From: Candidatus Aenigmatarchaeota archaeon
GTDB lineage: Archaea > Aenigmatarchaeota > Aenigmatarchaeia > QMZP01
Direction: 5' to 3'
Length of the DNA: 25,574 nt
Assembly: GCA_038999435.1 (NCBI GenBank)
Contig: JAVZYR010000005.1
Span: forward strand, 1 to 25,574
Each line of letters opens with the position of its first letter. Position 1 is the stretch's first letter. The notes beneath the pieces are model-generated. The model was not told the origin of the DNA and ran no database searches. It saw nothing but the letters and a program-made list of their open reading frames with translations. This document shows, one piece after another, positions 8,944-16,945 of this stretch. The translations under genes were made by a program, and so were the position numbers.

Positions 8944-9680
8944 TTTTCAAGAGCAAGCCTGATATGTGTGATGTCCTTATAACTTTTTCCTGCGAGCCTT
9001 GGTTCATATTTCTTTAAAAGCTTGAATCCTGCTATGTCAAGTTTGACTGCATCAGGCCCTGCCAACATCCATCCAGGTCTAATGATAATCCCTCCATGCC
9101 TCACCTCGTTTGCACTTCGATAGCTTTCTACAAAGTCCATTATTGTTAGATTGGGTGGACAGATTTTGTTCAGCTGTGCTATTACTTTGTGTATATTCAT
9201 AAGACCTATATGGCATGCAATCCTTTGCCTGTTTGCAAGAAGCCCAAACTGATTCTTCAGCGCACCTGTCAGGCCTGTATCTGGGTGGCTTTTCAGCACA
9301 GGCAAGGAGATGTAAAAATCACATTCGAATGGAAGGGCTGATATCTTAAGCCTGTCAATCTTTTTGAAGGGCTGCTTGTGCAGATTTAGCAATTTTATAT
9401 TAAAATCTTTACATACTTTTTGCAAAGGATGATTTTGTATTATCTTTTCTGCATTTCCTGCATCTGGCGCAGGCCCATCGGCAACAACAATTTCACAACC
9501 AAGTCTTTGCAGAGTCTTTATTATAGTTGCCAATACATCAGGATGCGTGGTTGTAGGATATGGCTCAAAGCTGACGATGTTCGGCTTGACAAAAATCTTT
9601 CTGCCTTTTACACTTTGCTTAAATCTCATCAAAACATTATTTGCAAATCTAATTCTGTTAGAGGTCTTTTCAATCCACAT
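8919..9680 (-). CDS. DUF362 domain protein
   Basis: IFVKPNIV..TTHPDV, VVADG, ISLPVLKSH..TGLTGALKNQFG and LTIMD. Start set at ATG 9680; the ORF-track start at 9695 is TTG. Confidence 0.85.
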   Translation of the reverse strand: MWIEKTSNRIRFANNVLMRFKQSVKGRKIFVKPNIVSFEPYPTTTHPDVLATIIKTLQRLGCEIVVADGPAPDAGNAEKIIQNHPLQKVCKDFNIKLLNLHKQPFKKIDRLKISALPFECDFYISLPVLKSHPDTGLTGALKNQFGLLANRQRIACHIGLMNIHKVIAQLNKICPPNLTIMDFVESYRSANEVRHGGIIIRPGWMLAGPDAVKLDIAGFKLLKKYEPRLAGKSYKDITHIRLALENQTIPAAK

Positions 9681-9725
9681 TTTTATTATTATCAAAAAAC
9701 TTTAATCAGTTTAACAATCTCAAGT

Positions 9726-11801
9726 ATGGATATCATTAAGCAAGTTTTGGCTCTAAGCGGTTACAAAAGCCTGAACCCTCTTCAAAGATTGGCTATAGAT
9801 GCTGGTTTACTTGGAGATAAAAATCTTGTGGTTGCAGCACCAACAGCATCTGGGAAGACGCTTATAGCAGAGATTGCTGCGCTCAAAACTATAAAAGAAG
9901 GAAAAAAGGTTGTTTATATCGTTCCCTTGCGTGCGCTTGCATCAGAAAAATACAACGAGTTTAGGCAAAAGTACAGCAACATTGGAATAAAGATTGCAAT
10001 AAGCATCGGTGATTATGACTCGGCAGATCCATGGCTTGCTGATTATGATATGATAATCGTGACATCTGAAAAACTCGATTCATTGCTTAGACATAGAGCG
10101 CCATGGATAGTTGATATCGGGCTTGTGATTGCCGATGAGATACATCTTTTAAATAGCCCTGATAGAGGACCAACCTTGGAGATGATAATAACAAGGTTAA
10201 GAGATGTCGCAAATCCGAGAATCCTTGCGCTCTCAGCAACGATTAGCAATTACAAAGAGCTTGCTGGTTGGCTCAATGCAGCTGTTGTGAAATCTGATTG
10301 GAGACCTGTTAAGTTGTATAGAGGTATCTGTTATGATTATAAAATTAGTTTCGAGCATGATAAGGAGATAGAGCTCGACCAACAATATCCCCAACTAATC
10401 TCTCTTGTTCTCGATACATTGGCTGCAAAAAAACAGATACTTATATTTTTGTCAACACGCAAGTCAGCCGAAGCAGCTGCAGAAAGCATAGGAAAGGCAA
10501 TAAAACTGAGTTCACCTGAGTTAGAGAAACTTGCAAAAAACATAGAAGGTGTGCTTGAAAGGCCAACAAAACAATGCCATAGATTGGCTGCATGCATAAG
10601 GAATGGTACTGCATTCCATCATGCAGGCCTTGTTGCTGAGCAAAGAAGGCTTATAGAGGATGCATTTAGAGATGGGCTAATAAAAGTAATTGCAGCAACA
10701 CCAACATTGGCAGCAGGGATAAACATGCCTGCATTTCGCGTTGTGATTAGGGACCTTCGGCGATTTAGCCATTATCATGGCCTTTCATGGATACCTGTTC
10801 TTGAGATTGAACAGATGATGGGACGGGCAGGAAGGCCTCAATATGACAGCGAGGGCCAAGCAATACTGCTTGCAAAGGATAGAGGGGAGGCAAGATTTGC
10901 ATGGGAGAATTACATAAAAGGAGAGCCTGAGAGGATAACATCAAAGCTTGGGCTCGAGCCTATACTAAGGATGCACATGCTTGCGCTGATTGCATCATCA
11001 GGTGTAATTACATGGGATGAGATTGTCACATTTTTTTCAAAAACATTCTATGCACATCAGTACAAGGACATCTCACGGCTCGAGAATATACTAAAAAAGA
11101 TTTTGAGGCTTCTTGAGGGCTTTGGTTTCATTAAGGTTGGTGAAAGAATATCTGCAACGGCTATTGGTCGGCGTGTCTCAGAACTTTACATAGACCCACT
11201 TACAGCAGACAGGCTTATAAAAGGGCTGAAAAGGCTTAAAAGCCCTCCTGATATAGCTTTGCTTTATCTTCTTTCAGATTGCCTTGAGATGCAACCTGGC
11301 CTTTCTCCAAGAAAAAGGGAACTAAAAGAGATACTTGATATTGCAGAAAAATATGAAGGATGGTTGCCCAAAATTGAGCCATGGGAGATTGAATATGATG
11401 ATTTTCTGAGAAGCCTGAAACTTGCACTTATGCTGAATAATTGGATAGATGAGATGGGAGAGGATGCGCTGCTTGAAAGATTTGGCATCACGCCAGGCGA
11501 GCTTCGTGGTCGACTTGAGATTGCTGATTGGCTCTGCTATGCTGCAGGTGAACTTGGGCTGTTGCTTGGAATGTGGGACCAGATAAAGGCTATGCGAAAG
11601 CTGAGGATAAGGTTGCAGTATGGCGTTAAAGAAGAACTTCTACCACTTGTCAGGCTAAAGGGCATAGGTCGTGTGCGTGCGAGGCTGCTCTACAATGCAG
11701 GGCTTAAAAGGATTGCCGATTTGAGAAAGGCATCCGTGGAAAGCCTTGAACGGTTGCTCGGGCCAAGTCTTGCAAGGGATATTAAAGCGCAAGTTGGTTA
11801 A
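9726..11801 (+). CDS. hel308: Ski2-like SF2 DNA helicase Hel308/Hjm
   Basis: APTASGKT, DEIH, LSAT, AFHHAGL, TPTLAAGINMPA, QMMGRAGRP, and a C-terminal HhH with the RAR motif (GIGRVRAR). True start taken as ATG 9726 (MDIIKQ). Confidence 0.95.
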   Translation: MDIIKQVLALSGYKSLNPLQRLAIDAGLLGDKNLVVAAPTASGKTLIAEIAALKTIKEGKKVVYIVPLRALASEKYNEFRQKYSNIGIKIAISIGDYDSADPWLADYDMIIVTSEKLDSLLRHRAPWIVDIGLVIADEIHLLNSPDRGPTLEMIITRLRDVANPRILALSATISNYKELAGWLNAAVVKSDWRPVKLYRGICYDYKISFEHDKEIELDQQYPQLISLVLDTLAAKKQILIFLSTRKSAEAAAESIGKAIKLSSPELEKLAKNIEGVLERPTKQCHRLAACIRNGTAFHHAGLVAEQRRLIEDAFRDGLIKVIAATPTLAAGINMPAFRVVIRDLRRFSHYHGLSWIPVLEIEQMMGRAGRPQYDSEGQAILLAKDRGEARFAWENYIKGEPERITSKLGLEPILRMHMLALIASSGVITWDEIVTFFSKTFYAHQYKDISRLENILKKILRLLEGFGFIKVGERISATAIGRRVSELYIDPLTADRLIKGLKRLKSPPDIALLYLLSDCLEMQPGLSPRKRELKEILDIAEKYEGWLPKIEPWEIEYDDFLRSLKLALMLNNWIDEMGEDALLERFGITPGELRGRLEIADWLCYAAGELGLLLGMWDQIKAMRKLRIRLQYGVKEELLPLVRLKGIGRVRARLLYNAGLKRIADLRKASVESLERLLGPSLARDIKAQVG

Positions 11802-12703
11802 ACCTCATATGCGAGCTGTATTCCTCTTGGGTTGAAAAATCCTCTTCGTCCTCTTGAAATAGCTTTGTACTCATCAAGGACAAAGCTTGCCTGTCCTACT
11901 TCGCTTATTCCTAAATTATCTAACATGTCTTGGATAGGGTCAAAAGTGGTATCTATCATGTCATAGTATAGATCTCCAAATTTCCAATAAGCATATGTCA
12001 TAAGTTTGTTAGGTCTGCCATATACATTAACCTTCCAATTTGTGCCATCATCAAGGGTTATAGTTTTGCTATCAATAACAGGGCCGTATTGTTGCATAAG
12101 CCATGTCTCATCCCTTACAAATCTTTCAAGAAATGCATATTCTAAGATTTCAACCCCAGAACCATAATCTAATCTCGTGTACTTTTTAGCTGCAAGATGT
12201 GTAAAGGGTCCATTAATGTATTTGTTTAATTTGCTTTCAATCCTTGGCACACCTTTTGTTGGTGTCCAGTATGGTGATTTGTTGTTTTTTATAACAAATT
12301 CTATACCCTTTTTAAGCTCTTCATCTGTCGGACCTTGCTCTGTAGCATACGATTTTAAGTATATTGGAACTTCAGCCCCGTTATATTCAACCGTGTACAA
12401 CTCTCTGATTGTTGTCGCACCATTTGAGAAGTCCAGCTCAATCATGAGACCTGGGGCAATCTTTCTTGGTAATGTTTTATATTTTTGTCTATACAGCTCG
12501 GTCCAGCTATCCAATAGACCACCTATTATATCACTTGCTAAATTCTTTCTTTTTTCCTCAGGTATATTGATTTTTTCTAATAATTTGTGACCAGCATAGT
12601 AAACAGGCAGTTTCCATACATTGCCTATCTCATCTAAATTTACAAGTGGGTTTTCATCTTTGAATCTTCTATATTCAGCCCATCTATCCCTTTTCATACT
12701 CAT
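11798..12703 (-). CDS. Hypothetical protein (301 aa), third gene of an accessory operon
   Basis: Long ORF with soluble-protein composition. ATGA overlap with the upstream gene; shares TTAA with the hel308 stop. No recognisable family motif. Confidence 0.8.
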   Translation of the reverse strand: MSMKRDRWAEYRRFKDENPLVNLDEIGNVWKLPVYYAGHKLLEKINIPEEKRKNLASDIIGGLLDSWTELYRQKYKTLPRKIAPGLMIELDFSNGATTIRELYTVEYNGAEVPIYLKSYATEQGPTDEELKKGIEFVIKNNKSPYWTPTKGVPRIESKLNKYINGPFTHLAAKKYTRLDYGSGVEILEYAFLERFVRDETWLMQQYGPVIDSKTITLDDGTNWKVNVYGRPNKLMTYAYWKFGDLYYDMIDTTFDPIQDMLDNLGISEVGQASFVLDEYKAISRGRRGFFNPRGIQLAYEV

Positions 12704-13224
12704 CTCAGAACCTCTCTCACTTTTTCAACAAGTTCTGGGTAAAGCCTTTTGTAATTTTCGAATGCATCTTTTATCCATGGTGCATATTTTATAACCCTTG
12801 CGCTAAAATCATAACCAAAGCCCTGCTCTTCAAGATTTATGCCATGATATATCACACCAAAGATTTTTTCATCTTCGCTATTTTCAAGATATTCTGCTTC
12901 GAGCCTTGCATGCTCTTCTTCATTTTTAAATTCATGGTCTGTAAATCTCCTTCCAAACCACTCAACATAGAGCTCATGCCCAAGAACATATGCCTTTATA
13001 CCATCAACCACAGGCTTGAGGTTTTTATCATATTTCAGAGCTGAGATATAAATAATGCCATTTTCTGGATCTGTATAACCAAGATAAGAACCCAAGGAAT
13101 CTTGGTCAACCTCTTTTATAATTGGATCGCGCGGTATTTCCTCTTTGTTGTTAAAATACCATACATTTCCATGTGGGTCAACCCAACCTTTCTTCCATTC
13201 CAAATTTTGTTTTTGCCTTTTCAT
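12700..13224 (-). CDS. Hypothetical protein, possible zincin-like metallopeptidase fold with a variant motif
   Basis: LGYT...IIYIS...YVLGHELYVE resembles the zincin strand-strand-helix core, but the second His of HExxH is absent. ATGA overlaps at both ends. Confidence 0.6.
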   Translation of the reverse strand: MKRQKQNLEWKKGWVDPHGNVWYFNNKEEIPRDPIIKEVDQDSLGSYLGYTDPENGIIYISALKYDKNLKPVVDGIKAYVLGHELYVEWFGRRFTDHEFKNEEEHARLEAEYLENSEDEKIFGVIYHGINLEEQGFGYDFSARVIKYAPWIKDAFENYKRLYPELVEKVREVLR

Positions 13225-13322
13225 ATCTTCCTCGGATAATCAAACCTCACCTTGCATCTTGGGCATGATTTTGGGCTTGCAATCCTTGCCTGCCATTCAT
13301 ATGAGCATTTAAAGCATTTCAT
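13221..13322 (-). CDS. C4 zinc-ribbon microprotein (33 aa; not in ORF track)
   Basis: Hand translation: MKCFKCSYEWQARIASPKSCPRCKVRFDYPRKI (CxxC-x13-CPxC). SD-like GGGAGTGA lies 5 nt upstream, and the stop overlaps the next ATG (ATGA). Confidence 0.8.
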   Translation of the reverse strand: MKCFKCSYEWQARIASPKSCPRCKVRFDYPRKI

Positions 13323-13347
13323 ATTTATCACTCCCTAATAGTAATAA

Positions 13348-13407
13348 TAATAGTAAGATTTATAAAGCTTTCGGTTTGTAATAGTAAGATTTATAAAGCT
13401 TTCGGTT
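13348..13407. repeat. Perfect 29-bp direct repeat, two copies, 31-bp period
   Basis: TAATAGTAAGATTTATAAAGCTTTCGGTT at 13348-13376 and 13379-13407, separated by TG. Confidence 0.97.
13359..13405 (-). promoter_or_regulatory. Two tandem archaeal BRE-TATA promoters upstream of the zinc-ribbon operon
   Basis: The minus strand of each repeat unit reads CCGAAAGC-TTTATAAA (BRE-like purine run followed by a TATA box). TATA boxes are at 13359-13366 and 13390-13397. The proximal one would start transcription just upstream of the SD at 13328-13335. Confidence 0.75.
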
Positions 13408-13422
13408 GGTTTTATCCCCTCT

Positions 13423-13875
13423 TCAAGGCCTATATTTATAAAAGATGCATGTTATCGCAATACCCATACCAGCACCTGCTAGCACATCATAAAAGGTGTG
13501 CACACCGAGTGCTAATCTTGATGCACAAACAAGCACTGGTATAATCAAAATGGGAATGATGCGAACATTTCTTTTAAGCAAAACCAATGGCAGGAACATA
13601 ATCCATACTGTGCCTGAATGACCTGAAGGGAAGCTTGCATCTGTCGGGCATAGCGGATTGCAGCCTTCAGCAGGGCATGGTATGCAGGGCCTGGGTATGG
13701 GAAGTAGGGATTTTATGACAAATGCTAGTAGAAGAAATGCTAAGATTGATGGGATGTATATCTTTGAGTAGCTTTTCAAAAATTGAGATTTTGTTACTTT
13801 GTATCCAATAACCAAAAATGGGATTAGCATTAACCCAAGTTCAGGCATGCCAATCCAACTTATCCACTCCCACAT
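13423..13875 (-). CDS. PAP2-family membrane phosphatase
   Basis: All three PAP2 motifs: KSLLPIPRP (Kx6RP), FPSGH and SRLALGVHTFYD (SRx5Hx3D); hydrophobic helices. Confidence 0.9.
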   Translation of the reverse strand: MWEWISWIGMPELGLMLIPFLVIGYKVTKSQFLKSYSKIYIPSILAFLLLAFVIKSLLPIPRPCIPCPAEGCNPLCPTDASFPSGHSGTVWIMFLPLVLLKRNVRIIPILIIPVLVCASRLALGVHTFYDVLAGAGMGIAITCIFYKYRP

Positions 13876-15575
13876 ATCAATTCAATCTCATCCTCCCTTA
13901 ACCTATGTTTTAGCCCACGAAGACATTCAAGTTCTTCAGGCTTTATCAAAACTTCCAGTATATCCCCCTCTCTAACATCCTTTCCAAAAACAACATCAGG
14001 CATGGATATTGCAACCTTTTCTCCAATTTTTGCTTCAGATAAGCCCTTTCCTTCTGATTGTATCTCTTTCACCTCACCGAGCACATTTTTGCCTTTTACA
14101 AGGCATGCACCTGTTTTAAGCGTGCCTGTAATGATTTCAACCCCAAATATGGCAGGCCTTGATTGTCTGAAAACATACCCTGGCAATACCCTTATCTTTG
14201 CAGGTCTTGGCATCCTTTTCAAGATGTCCTCTTCTGCCCTTTCTTTTGCTTTCAATCTCCAAACATCATACTCCTCAATAAGTTTATAGATGACATCTGA
14301 TGAGAATATCTTCACACCAATATCTTCTGCAAACCTGTGAATCTCATCCGGTATCTTTAGGCCAAATACAAAACATATCTTTTCTTTCAATGGTTTAAGC
14401 TCAAGCAGGTCTGATTTTGTGACAGCACCAACTTCAGCACGCCGTATTGGAAGGCCAAGTTCACTTATGCATTTTATAAGTGCTTCTAAAGAGCCAAGTG
14501 TGTCTGTCTTGATAAGTACACCCTCTTTTTCTGTTCTTATTTCTACCTCCTCAATCTCTGCCTGTAGCTCTTTTGTAATCTTTTCAACATCCTTTTCGCT
14601 CTTCACAATCCTTACAGGAGAGCCTGCCAGCACATCCTCAAGACCAGGTGCAGCAACCCTCACACCAACTGCTGCGCTCACTGCATCCATCTGCTTGAAC
14701 TGTCCTGCCATTTTCAGCTCCCTTAAAGGTGCTGGAACAAGTATGGATTTTATACGCGTCTGAACAGGTTTTTTACCACCTATGACCATCAAATCTCCCC
14801 TTTTCATCATGCCATCGTACAGTATTATGTCAGCTGTTATGCCTAGCCCTCTTATTTGATTTAACTCAAGCACAACACCTTTCCCTTCTTTCCCAACCTT
14901 TAACCTTTCTTTTAGAAATCTCTGTGCAAGGCCACAAAGTATTGCAAGCAGGTCAGCAACCCCTTCCCCTGTTATACCTGAGACAGGAACTATTGCTAAC
15001 TGTTTTGTGAAATCAGTAACCCTGTCGTATCTTTCTGCCTCAAATCCCCTCATTGTTAGTTGGCCAACAATCTGATAAAGCCTTTTCTCAACCTCTCCCT
15101 GTACAGATTCTCTTTGCCTTTCAATAGATTTGAAGAATGGCATGCCTTCATTGCTAACCCAGCCTGGTATTTTGTCTATTTTTGTAAGGGCAACAACAAA
15201 CGGGGTCTTGAATTTTTTCAGAAACATTATGCTTTCATCTGTTTGTGGCATGAGCCCTTCAATGATGTCAACAACCAGAACTGCAATGTCTGCAATTGCA
15301 CCGCCACGCTTTCTAAGGGTTGTGAATGCAGCATGGCCAGGGATATCTATCCAAAGCAGGCCAGGTATCTCCAGTTTAATACCAAACCTTTGAAAAAGCT
15401 CACCTGCCATCTTTTTTATAACCTCAAGTGGAACATAGCTTGATGATATGTATTGTGTGATGAGCCCAGGTTCTGATTTTGCAACAGCAGTCCCTCTTAT
15501 TTTGTCAAGTAGCGTTGTTTTGCCATGATCCACATGCCCTAATACAGATATGATAGGCGAACGAATACCTTCCAT
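13860..15575 (-). CDS. infB: Translation initiation factor aIF5B (IF-2)
   Basis: RSPIISVLGHVDHGKTTLLDKIR, DIPGHAAF..LRKRGG, TKID, DTLGSLEAL and VFRQSRPAIFGV. Confidence 0.97.
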   Translation of the reverse strand: MEGIRSPIISVLGHVDHGKTTLLDKIRGTAVAKSEPGLITQYISSSYVPLEVIKKMAGELFQRFGIKLEIPGLLWIDIPGHAAFTTLRKRGGAIADIAVLVVDIIEGLMPQTDESIMFLKKFKTPFVVALTKIDKIPGWVSNEGMPFFKSIERQRESVQGEVEKRLYQIVGQLTMRGFEAERYDRVTDFTKQLAIVPVSGITGEGVADLLAILCGLAQRFLKERLKVGKEGKGVVLELNQIRGLGITADIILYDGMMKRGDLMVIGGKKPVQTRIKSILVPAPLRELKMAGQFKQMDAVSAAVGVRVAAPGLEDVLAGSPVRIVKSEKDVEKITKELQAEIEEVEIRTEKEGVLIKTDTLGSLEALIKCISELGLPIRRAEVGAVTKSDLLELKPLKEKICFVFGLKIPDEIHRFAEDIGVKIFSSDVIYKLIEEYDVWRLKAKERAEEDILKRMPRPAKIRVLPGYVFRQSRPAIFGVEIITGTLKTGACLVKGKNVLGEVKEIQSEGKGLSEAKIGEKVAISMPDVVFGKDVREGDILEVLIKPEELECLRGLKHRLREDEIELICGSG

Positions 15576-15637
15576 AATCTAAATATCAAAGGCTGATTTT
15601 ATTAACAGTACTTAAATTTATTTTTACATTTAATGAT

Positions 15638-16522
15638 ATGGACAAATCACTTGTTTGGAGCTCTTCTAAGCTTGCAACAATACTTGATTGCCCAAGGGCG
15701 TTTAAATATAGATATATTGACCACGAGCCAGCCCCAAAAGATATAAGGGCTGCATTTGGTACAGCAATACATTATTTTTTGGAGCAGTTTTACAAGAAAA
15801 ATTACAAATCGCCTGAGACATTTTGCAATGCTTGGAATTTTTATTGGAATCTTGTTTGTGATGATAGAGATGTCAATGAGATAGACCAAAAATTAAGCAA
15901 GATGTATGAAAAATTGAGAAAGAGATATGGCCATATTTCAACATGGAATGAGGAAAAGAGAAGATACATCGTATCTTACTATAGAAGGCTTGGGGAAAAT
16001 ATACTAAAAGAATTTTATAATAGACACAAAGGAAGGAAAAGACCGATTGCTGTTGAAAAGAGATTCAAAATAGATTTTGATGGATTTAAGCTGATAGGGA
16101 ATATAGATAGGATTGATGAGATAACAGATAATGGAAAATATGAAAATGGCCTTTATATAACAGATTATAAAACAGACAAAAGATGTCCAGAAAAAGATGA
16201 CTTGTTGTTGAGAAAGCATCATCAACTAACATTCTATAATCTTGCTTTCAAAGATATTTTTGGGACAGAACCAAAAGGAATATTCATATATCATCTTAGG
16301 TCAATGAAAATAATACCAACAAAGAGAACAGAAGAGGATGTAGAATATCTCCTTTCCTCGCTCAGAAAGGCAAAAAGGATTATAGATGAAAAGGAATTTG
16401 AACCATATTTCGGCTTTCACTGTAATCTTTGCGAATATCTGAGCATATGTCAAAAAAGAGAGGTTGTGATGGATATAGCAGAGATGGAAGAAAGCGATGA
16501 ATTATGGGGCATTGACAGATAA
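15638..16522 (+). CDS. RecB/AddB/Cas4-like PD-(D/E)xK nuclease with a probable 4Fe-4S staple
   Basis: S.SKL...DCPR, FGTAIH, VEKRF, GNIDRID, DYKT, QLTFY and C-terminal CNLCEYLSIC (1+3 Cys). Confidence 0.88.
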   Translation: MDKSLVWSSSKLATILDCPRAFKYRYIDHEPAPKDIRAAFGTAIHYFLEQFYKKNYKSPETFCNAWNFYWNLVCDDRDVNEIDQKLSKMYEKLRKRYGHISTWNEEKRRYIVSYYRRLGENILKEFYNRHKGRKRPIAVEKRFKIDFDGFKLIGNIDRIDEITDNGKYENGLYITDYKTDKRCPEKDDLLLRKHHQLTFYNLAFKDIFGTEPKGIFIYHLRSMKIIPTKRTEEDVEYLLSSLRKAKRIIDEKEFEPYFGFHCNLCEYLSICQKREVVMDIAEMEESDELWGIDR

Positions 16523-16609
16523 TTCTGTCTACGTTGATTTTTGCTAATTCTGCTTAATCTTACTTTGTTGCAGCTTTTGCAAATTTATAATCTATTAATT
16601 AATAATGAT

Positions 16610-16945
16610 ATGGCACAAATAACTTGGGATGATTTTGAAAAAGTTGAGCTTAGAGTTGGTACTATAATTAAAGTAGAAGATTTCCCAGAAGCTAAAAAAC
16701 CCGCATACAAGTTATTAATAGATTTTGGTAAGTATGGAACAAAAAAATCAAGTGCTCAAATTACGAAACTTTACAAGAAAGAAGATTTATTAGGCAAGCA
16801 GGTTATTTGTGTAACTAACTTTCCACCAAAGCAAATTGCTAATTTTATTTCTGAGGTTCTCATAACAGGTTTTGTTCTTGATAATGGAGATGTGGTTTTG
16901 GCAATACCTGAAAGAAAAGTTAAGAATGGATTGAAATTAGAATGA
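16610..16945 (+). CDS. csaA: CsaA/Trbp111-family OB-fold tRNA-binding/export chaperone
   Basis: [53 protein letters not shown]. Start at ATG 16610, with TTTATAA at 16584-16590. Confidence 0.92.
   Translation: MAQITWDDFEKVELRVGTIIKVEDFPEAKKPAYKLLIDFGKYGTKKSSAQITKLYKKEDLLGKQVICVTNFPPKQIANFISEVLITGFVLDNGDVVLAIPERKVKNGLKLE

Noticed and set aside
9420..9725. 102-aa N-terminal extension of Hel308 in the ORF track
   Set aside because: It is antisense to the DUF362 gene and starts at TTG. Helicase homology begins at ATG 9726.
13348..13407. 29-bp direct repeat as a mini CRISPR array
   Set aside because: Only two copies separated by 2 nt, so there is no spacer. No cas1/cas2 nearby, and the unit reads as a BRE-TATA promoter.
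11798..13407. Integrated provirus or transposon
   Set aside because: No integrase, transposase, terminal inverted repeats, flanking att or target-site duplication, or tRNA target is visible.
15638..16522. Calling the nuclease a CRISPR-associated cas4
   Set aside because: No array or other cas genes in the window. Its length and motifs fit the broader AddB/PDDEXK_1 group equally well.
16514..16529. Hairpin GACAGA-TAAT-TCTGTC over the nuclease stop codon
   Set aside because: A 6-bp stem is expected by chance, and it has no immediately adjacent U-tract.
16541..16609. Hydrophobic N-terminal extension (apparent signal peptide) on CsaA
   Set aside because: It starts at TTG and runs through the TATA-containing AT-rich intergenic region. 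CsaA homology begins at ATG 16610.
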